In this document: positions 26,391 through 32,442 of the stretch, in pieces
Layout of the letters: each line of letters starts with the position of its first letter
Numbering within the stretch: position 1 is the stretch's first letter
Origin: Phycisphaerales bacterium
Lineage (GTDB): Bacteria > Planctomycetota > Phycisphaerae > Phycisphaerales > Phycisphaeraceae
DNA: 64,000 bases
NCBI GenBank assembly: GCA_041402025.1
Contig: JAWKTA010000009.1
Span: 32,574 to 96,573, forward strand
Direction of reading: 5' to 3'
Notes under the pieces: generated by a model
What the model saw: the letters and a program-made list of their open reading frames with translations, nothing else
Told to the model about the DNA's origin: nothing
The model's database searches: none
Made by a program: the position numbers and the translations under genes

Positions 26391-26483
26391 AGCCACCGAT
26401 AAACACAGATAAACACGGATGTATTCCATTTGACGCACACACCCCCATTCCCCACCGGTGTTCATCCGTGTTCATCGGTGGCT
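26391..26483 (-). repeat. 93-nt imperfect inverted repeat (31-nt arms, each with an internal 10-nt duplication) between the alaS fragment and trxB
   Basis: Left arm agccaccgataaacacagataaacacggatg (26391-26421); right arm caccggtgttcatccgtgttcatcggtggct (26453-26483). 26 of 31 positions are Watson-Crick. Three of the five mismatches are A/C on the plus strand and become G-U pairs in a minus-strand RNA. Confidence 0.6.
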
Positions 26484-26488
26484 GATGC

Positions 26489-27553
26489 TTATTTCAGAGC
26501 TTGATCCGCGAACGCCTTCGCCGCCTCGAGCGCGTCGGGGAGTTTGGCCGGGTCTTTGCCGCCGGCCTGGGCGCTGTCGGGTCGGCCGCCGCCGCCGCCG
26601 CCCACGACCGGGGCGACGTGCTTGATCCAGTCGCCGGCCTTGAGGCCCTTGTCGATGTTCGCTTTGGTCGCCGTCGCCATCAGCGCGACTTTGCCGTCCG
26701 CCTCGGCGGCGAGGAAGATCGCGGACTCGGGGTGTTTTTTGCGCACGACGTCCATCGCGGTGCGCAGCGTCTTGCCGTCCGCCCCCGGGACCAGCGACAC
26801 GATGACCGGGCCTGTCATGGCCTCGGCGATCGCGCGGGCGGATTCGACCACGGCCTCCTCGGCCTGGCCGCCCTGCTCCTTCTGGAACTGCTTGACCTTT
26901 TGCGATAACGCCGTCATCAACTCACGCAAACGACCACGCGCGACGACCGGCAACTGCGCCGCGTCCGCCGCCTTGGTGATCGCCTCGATCTGCTCGGCCA
27001 GCGTGTCCGCCGGGGCGCTCAATAGCGACTCGGCACGGTGCACCAGCCGGTCGCCCTCGGCGGTCGCCTTGTGCGCTTCGCTGCCGGTCAACGCGGTGAT
27101 ACGCCGCACGCCCTTGCTCACCGCGTCCTGGCTGACGATGCAGAATCCCTCGGCGTCGCCGGTTTTGGCAAGGTGCGTGCCGCCGCAGAACTCGATGCTG
27201 TACCCGGCCCACTCCTTGTTGTTCGGCTTGGCGATCAGGTCTTTCACGGGCACGCCGATCGACACGACGCGCACGACCGGCGGGTACTTCTCGCCGAACA
27301 CGGCACGCAGGCCGTTGATCTTCAGCGCCTTGTCCTGCGGGACGTGCTCGATATACACCGGCAGATCGCGGGTGATGTCATCGTTGACCTGCTGCTCGAC
27401 CTTGGCGAGTTCCTCCTCGGTCAGCGCCGCCTTGTGCGAGAAGTCGAAGCGTAGCTTCTGGTCATCGACGAGCGAACCCTTCTGCATCGCTTCGGGGTTG
27501 ACCAGGTCGCGTAGCGCACGGTTCATCACGTGCGTGGTCGTGTGGTTGCTCAT
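26489..27553 (-). CDS. alaS: alanyl-tRNA synthetase 3' fragment (editing domain plus C-Ala/DHHA1-like domain); no aminoacylation domain
   Basis: AVDRARRAKIMSNHTTTHVMNRALRDL (HxxxH), QKGSLVDDQKLRFDFSH, AVFGEKYPPVVRVVSIG, SIEFCGGTH, and a C-terminal GGGGGGRPDSAQAGGKD. AlaRS-like residues extend upstream of the ATG to about 27589. The frame stays open into the preceding gene. Confidence 0.8.
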   Translation of the reverse strand: MSNHTTTHVMNRALRDLVNPEAMQKGSLVDDQKLRFDFSHKAALTEEELAKVEQQVNDDITRDLPVYIEHVPQDKALKINGLRAVFGEKYPPVVRVVSIGVPVKDLIAKPNNKEWAGYSIEFCGGTHLAKTGDAEGFCIVSQDAVSKGVRRITALTGSEAHKATAEGDRLVHRAESLLSAPADTLAEQIEAITKAADAAQLPVVARGRLRELMTALSQKVKQFQKEQGGQAEEAVVESARAIAEAMTGPVIVSLVPGADGKTLRTAMDVVRKKHPESAIFLAAEADGKVALMATATKANIDKGLKAGDWIKHVAPVVGGGGGGRPDSAQAGGKDPAKLPDALEAAKAFADQALK

Positions 27554-27592
27554 GATCTTGGCACGACGTGCGCGATCGACTGCGAGCGCCCG

Positions 27593-28612
27593 TGAACAGC
27601 AACGCGCTCGCGGGTTCGGGTGTAGTTGTCCCGACCGGGGCGTACCCGTGTTCCAGTGGCTGAGGTTCAGGTTCAGGTCTTCGATGCCGATGAACCCGTC
27701 GCCGTTGCCGTCACCTTTAAGCAGCGAACCCTCCGGGACGGTCTTGTTCCAGTTGCTCAGCACGATGTTCAGGTCTGCGATGCCGACGAAGCCGTCGAGG
27801 TTGTAGTCTCCGTCGAGCGCGAGCACCTGCAGATAATCGACCTCCGGCGCGAGGAACGAGCCGAAAGGGAAAGCGCCGTCGCTGACCGAACGGAGCCGGA
27901 CGTAGGCGATGGTTTTCAGGAACACAGGATCGCCGTTGCCGTCGATCGCGTCGTCGAGGTTGAACCCGTCGCCGCCTGGCGTGACGTCGAAGTAGCCCGG
28001 CAGATTCGTGTCGTCATCGAACGGCGCCGAGTAATTCAGGCTGAAGTCGGGGTTGCTGGTGATGTTGATCGGGTTGTTCGCGTTGCGCGGGTCGTTGATG
28101 AGATCGAAGTTGCCGGGCTTGATGAGGTAGAAGGTTTCGTCCTGCCAGCCGCCGGGCTTCGCGCCGCCTCCGTCGGATTCGACGGCCACCTCGATGAACC
28201 CGGGTTCATAGAACGTGAACGCGGACGGCGCGTTACCCACCACGAGCAGATCGTCGCCTTCGATGTTGGGTAGCTCCACCTTGAACCCGACGACCAGCCC
28301 TGGCGTCAGCGTGTTCGTGCCCGTCGCCGGGTCATCGGACCAGCCGCCCAGGGAAACGGTTTCGGTCAGCGTGCCCTGTGACAAGGCGACCTGCTCGCCC
28401 GGCCCACCCAACGCGGCCAGTGCGTTGTCGTACAACTCCAGCGGGTCGGAGCCATACACATAATCCACGTTTTGTCCGGGCTCGAAATAGCCCGGCACGT
28501 CCGCGTAACGTGCGCCGAGTGCCGGCGCGCCGAGTACCGACACACTCACGCCCACTGCGCCGAAAACCCCGAACGCCTTCCATGGCCTTCCCAATACACG
28601 TCCTGCAAACAT
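27593..28612 (-). CDS. secreted protein of unknown fold with two dockerin-like repeats; it has no stop codon of its own, and its PEP-CTERM motif is out of frame
   Basis: ATG at 28612, 5 nt after GAGGAG. Signal peptide MFAGRVLGRPWKAFGVFGAVGVSVSVLGAPALG. C-terminal DGDYNLDGFVGIADLNIVLSNWN...GDGNGDGFIGIEDLNLNLSHWNTGTP. A TPEPASALLFTGA motif is readable only in another frame (PEP codons at 27612-27620). Confidence 0.7.
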
Positions 28613-28759
28613 CGTTTCTCCTCGCCCTGTTTCGCGCAGGGCAACCCCTCGACTGACAAAAAGAATGTCCGTCCTCACGATGTCTGCTGGGGCGTATGCG
28701 GGGCCGACGAGGGGGCGACGGCGACGCGGATCCTGCCCGAGCGTCCCGTTCGCGAGGAC

Positions 28760-29015
28760 ACAGTCGGCACCCTTTCAGGCAGGTCTTCCGGCTCAGGGTT
28801 CTCGTTCCGCCGGCCTTCCCAACAGGCCCGTTGCAGGCCCATCAGTGGCGTGTCGGCGGGACGCCGGCCCGACCTATTCTGGTCAGGCCACCCATTACGG
28901 CGGCGCGTCCGCGGGGGAATTTCAGGGCCAGGCCCGATAAAAGCCTCGCCCCAAGCACCCCACTTCCCTTTTCACGCGGCCCCGACGGCTTAGCCCGTCA
29001 GAACCACGCACCCGT
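28760..29015 (-). promoter_or_regulatory. cobalamin (B12) riboswitch aptamer
   Basis: The minus-strand RNA has, in canonical order, GAAAAGGGAAGUGGGGUG...GAAAUUCCCCC...CCGUAAUGGG, GCCACUG (28849-28843), GGGAAGGC (28820-28813) and the B12 box GAGCCGGAAGACCUGCC (box core 28793-28778). It lies 150-400 nt upstream of the ATG at 28612. Confidence 0.85.
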
Positions 29016-29050
29016 GGGTTCACCCCCGACGACTCGCCGAGGGTCTGTCG

Positions 29051-29079
29051 AAGTTACTACTAACCACACCCCATCGCAA
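29051..29079 (-). promoter_or_regulatory. putative promoter for the riboswitch leader (TTGCGA-17-TAACTT)
   Basis: On the minus strand, TTGCGA at 29079-29074, a 17-nt spacer, then TAACTT at 29056-29051. Motif match only. Confidence 0.3.
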
Positions 29080-29230
29080 CACCCCCCATAACAGCCTCAA
29101 AACACGGATTGTCGGTGGATAACCCCCGGATCCCCCCGTTTCCAAGTCCTGAACCGGGTCTCCCCAGCTCCCCCACCCCGCGGACCCGGCCCCCGGACCT
29201 CGATCCCCAAGACAACTTCGAGGCCCGGAC

Positions 29231-29258
29231 TTGAACCCTCCGCCGGGTAAGGTAAACT
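29231..29258 (+). promoter_or_regulatory. putative promoter of tRNA-Gly (TTGAAC-16-TAAACT)
   Basis: TTGAAC at 29231-29236, a 16-nt spacer, then TAAACT at 29253-29258, 20 nt upstream of the tRNA 5' end. Confidence 0.4.
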
Positions 29259-29277
29259 TAACGGCTCGCTATTGCCT

Positions 29278-29349
29278 GCGGGTGTAGCTCAGTGGTAGAG
29301 CGTCACGTTGCCAACGTGAATGTCGTGAGTTCGAATCTCATCACCCGCT
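29278..29349 (+). tRNA. tRNA-Gly (anticodon GCC); CCA not encoded
   Basis: Manual cloverleaf. Acceptor GCGGGTG/CACCCGC (7 bp), D arm GCTC-AGTGGTA-GAGC, anticodon arm TCACG-TTGCCAA-CGTGA, variable ATGTC, T arm GTGAG-TTCGAAT-CTCAT, discriminator T. Confidence 0.95.
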
Positions 29350-29356
29350 TTGATAA

Positions 29357-29396
29357 AGCCCTCCCGGCCACCAGGCTGCGGAGGGCTTGTTCTTTG
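29357..29396 (+). terminator. rho-independent terminator after tRNA-Gly
   Basis: Stem agccctcc(29357-29364)/ggagggct(29380-29387), followed by tgttcttt. Confidence 0.7.
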
Positions 29397-29547
29397 GGGT
29401 ATCACCACAGGCATTCACTTGGCTTGGGTCTAGTCGCCACGAACCACTAACTTGGTGAGTTTTTGATTGCTTTAGTCTTCATGAATTTTTCGACGGGTTT
29501 TTAAGCCGGTGAATAGGTACAGAATGTCTAATAAACAGCGCATGCAT

Positions 29548-29577
29548 AAAGCCAGCCTGTAAGGGCTGGCTTTATGA
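29548..29577. terminator. hairpin downstream of the minus-strand adhesin-like gene
   Basis: ataaagccagcc-tgtaag-ggctggctttat gives a 10-12 bp stem in AT-rich flanks, about 50 nt after the stop at 29626. Confidence 0.5.
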
Positions 29578-29625
29578 CGGGTCGGTAGGAACCTGGCCCG
29601 GTTATTGTTGGGTGTTAGGCTTCAG

Positions 29626-31720
29626 TTATTTGGTATCTCCTTTGAAATGATTCCTGCATTTGCGTTGAGTCAGCACAAGACCGCCGATAGTCAACAATGC
29701 GAGGCTGGCCGGTTCGGGGACAAATACCTGAATATCTGTGGGTGGCGACCCGGTATTCCAATTGCCCAGGACGACGTTCAGGTCATCGATACCGATGAAG
29801 CCATCGCCCGACGGATCGCCTTGGATCCATACACCGGCGTCGGCGTCTTGGTTCCAGTTGCCAAGAACAATATTCAGGTCCGAGATACCGACGAATCCGT
29901 CGCCGTCGAGGTCACCCAAAAGACCAGCTCTGAGCGTGACCGTGTTCGAACCGTAGATCAGTCCTAAGCCGATGTTTGTCAATGTAGGAAACAGCACGCT
30001 GTCAAAGTGGCCGTTCACTGAACTACTGGCATTGAGGAACACAAAGCTGTCACCGATGCTTGGCACAAAGCCGTTTAAAAGAGAGATGTCCAGCACGCCG
30101 CCGAGGTTGGCGACATTAGTACTCAGGTGATCGATCTGGGACGTGTGATCGCCGGCAATGTCAATCTTAAGCCTACCATTCACGCCCTGAGAATAAATGC
30201 TGGACACGCCGCCCACGGTTAGAGTCCCGGTAACTTCCTGTCCCAGCACGAGGGCATTAGGGGAGACCGTTCCGGCGACATTGTTCAAACCGGCAGTAAA
30301 AAGCCCCTGTCCCTTTACAAGGCCACCCGCGGCTACTTGTACATTATCACCTTGGATGGTTGATCCATAGAGAGAAGCACCGTTCAGATTCAACACTCCA
30401 CCATTCCCCAGCACCCAGCTCTGGGCGGATGATAAATCAATATTCAGCGTACCGGCCACGTCCATCTTTCCGTTGAATTGCGCGTCCTGAGTATCAAGGC
30501 TGCCTGTATAGATGGTCAGCTTCTTGCCACCGCCGACCACCACGGTGTTTTTGCTGGCAACGCCGTCGAGGTCCATAACGGTCTGCCGGATGGTCGTGTC
30601 GCCCTGCGCTGAGACCGTTACGCCCGATCCGGCAACCAAGCCGCCCGGGATATTGAGCGAGGCCAGATTTTCAATCGTGCTTAGGCCGCCGAAACGCAGG
30701 GTTGTGCCGTTGGCGACGTTGAGGGTGCCGGCGTTCATCTTGAATTCACAGTCGATGGAGCCGATCCCGGATTCGACGTTGATCGTGCCCGCCGCCATGC
30801 TCATCTTCCCGCCGTTAATGGTTGCGGCACCTGAGGGAGAGCCCATCAGGTGAGCTTGGCCGTCGAAGTCCCATGGCTGGACAAGTGTAACGGTGTCCTG
30901 GGCACCAACGTTCAACGTCCCGCTGAATGCGTCCGACATCAATGTATCGATTGTCAAGTGACCGATGCCACCGCTGCCAAGAATAGTACCACTTACCGCT
31001 TGAATTACACCCTGTTCTGTTGTGACCGTCCAGGTCTGATTTGGCCGGCCAGTTAACGCTGATTGTTAAATCACCTGAACCCAAAACCGGGGTTGAAATC
31101 GTCCCAACATTATCAAACACGGTGGTGTTCAGACTGCTTGATGATCCTATGATTAAGGTGCCTTTGCCCATTATGGTGCCAAGGTTTGCGAACTCAGATA
31201 GCGCGGTTACCTGCCCGCCGGCCAGCTCGAGAGTCCCGTTGTAGGCGGTTGAAATTGCGATCGATCGCACCGCGTCTTGGGGAACACTTCCTCCGCGGGG
31301 CGTGGCAATGAGCTTGGCGTTGCCCTGGATGTGAATTTCGCTATTGATACTGCCATGCACCGTGTCGGCTACGCGCAGCAGGTTGCCATTGGTGTTGAGT
31401 GTTGCGTTGTTGTCCAACCAGACGGTCGTTAAGCCAGGTGTGTTGGCGTTGAGCATAACCGGGTTGTTAGCTGTGCCGAGGATTCTTACATCGTCCTCAT
31501 ACGCCGGTACGGTGCCGCTGAGTGTCGTTGCATTCAGCCAGTTGGTTGCGGTATTCCAGTTATTGCTGGTCGAACCGTTCCAGATCACGGTATCGGCCTG
31601 TGCCAGGCCCGGGGCCAGGCAGGCGGTGAGCAGACACCCGGTACGCCCAAGTTTCGCGGGCAAGCGAAAGGCGACGGGGCTGGAGGTGGTCGGTCTTAGA
31701 CACGATTGGGGGGCGGGCAT
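29626..31720 (-). pseudogene. large secreted adhesin-like repeat protein with dockerin-like repeats and a PEP-CTERM tail, interrupted by one frameshift
   Basis: ATG at 31720, 9 nt after GGAG. Signal peptide ...LLTACLAPGLAQA. The Gly/Thr/Asn-rich beta-solenoid-like body is split between ORFs 30815..31789 and 29626..30957. The second frame is open from about 31065 (QSALTGRPNQTWTVTTEQGVIQAVSGTILGSGGIGHLTIDTL), so the shift lies near 31045-31065. C-terminus: GDLDGDGFVGISDLNIVLGNWN...GDPSGDGFIGIDDLNVVLGNWNTGSPP...VPEPASLALLTIGGLVLTQRKCR. Confidence 0.75.
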
Positions 31721-31842
31721 GTTGTAGTCTCCTAAAGGCGGAATTGCCTGGTAAGAGGACATACGGGAATGGGTCGCCCGCGCGGACATTGGGCTTAAAA
31801 AAACGTAAGCTGGAATACTTTATTGGGTCTTAAAAGCCTGAT

Positions 31843-32422
31843 ATGATTGCACTAATGGTTGGAAATGATTCCGAGGTTACATTGGTGCTTGACGCCATGG
31901 AGCGTGGCGATCCCTCTGCCGGATCTCGCCTATTTCCGCTGATTTATAACGAGCTGCGTCGTAGGGCTGGACAACTGATGGCACAACAAAGACGCGGACA
32001 TACGCCCAGCAACGGCACTGGTCCACGAGGCCTATCTCAAACTGGTCCGTCCGGGTATCAGCTACCAGAGCCGATTGCATTTTTATCACACCGCGGCGAT
32101 GGCGATGCGGCGTATCCTGATCGATCATGCTGAAGCCAGGATGACTCTTAAGCGTGGTGGGCAGCGACGTCGGGAAGGGCTATCAGCCGTGGACGCCGCC
32201 GCGCCGGGGTCCGACACCAGCCCCATCGACACCATTGCATTGAACGAAGCTTTGGAAGAATTGGCTGCCACGTGTCCAAGGCAGGCCGAGGTCGTGAACC
32301 TGAGGTTCTTTGCCGGTTTGAATGATGCCGACATCGCGGAAATGCTAGCTGTATCGGACAAGACCGTTCGGCGTGACTGGGCGTGTGCCCGTCTCTGGTT
32401 GTTTGATCGGATCAAGAACTGA
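31843..32422 (+). pseudogene. planctomycete-type ECF sigma factor (Sigma70_ECF family), frameshifted near 32003-32012
   Basis: ORF 31843..32133 gives DAMERGDPSAGSRLFPLIYNELRRRAGQLMAQQRRGHT. The expected continuation ATALVHEAYLKLVRPGISYQSRLHFYHTAAMAMRRILIDHAEA... is in the next frame (ORF 32075..32422). Region 4: VVNLRFFAGLNDADIAEMLAVSDKTVRRDWACARLWL. Confidence 0.8.
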
Positions 32423-32442
32423 TCGGGCCGGGACACCCTTTC

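Noticed and set aside
26489-28678. Treating the 729-aa ORF as one natural multidomain protein starting at 28678
   Set aside because: The Shine-Dalgarno sequence and signal peptide support a start at 28612. The N-terminal part is an exported protein whose own PEP-CTERM tail is out of frame. The C-terminal part is a cytoplasmic AlaRS fragment. I therefore annotated two units with a junction rather than one protein.
28378-29091. Plus-strand ORFs 28378..28656, 28472..28993, 28665..28940 and 28696..29091
   Set aside because: They overlap the start of the secreted-protein gene and the minus-strand cobalamin riboswitch and leader. Their translations are Arg/Pro/Gly-rich with no motifs.
29350-29625. 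Integrase gene or att direct repeat next to tRNA-Gly
   Set aside because: No ORF of integrase type exists on either strand. I found no second copy of the tRNA 3' end (gagttcgaatctcatcacccgc) by eye at the candidate right boundaries (35.4-35.5 kb and 44.6-45.2 kb). I did not do a systematic search.
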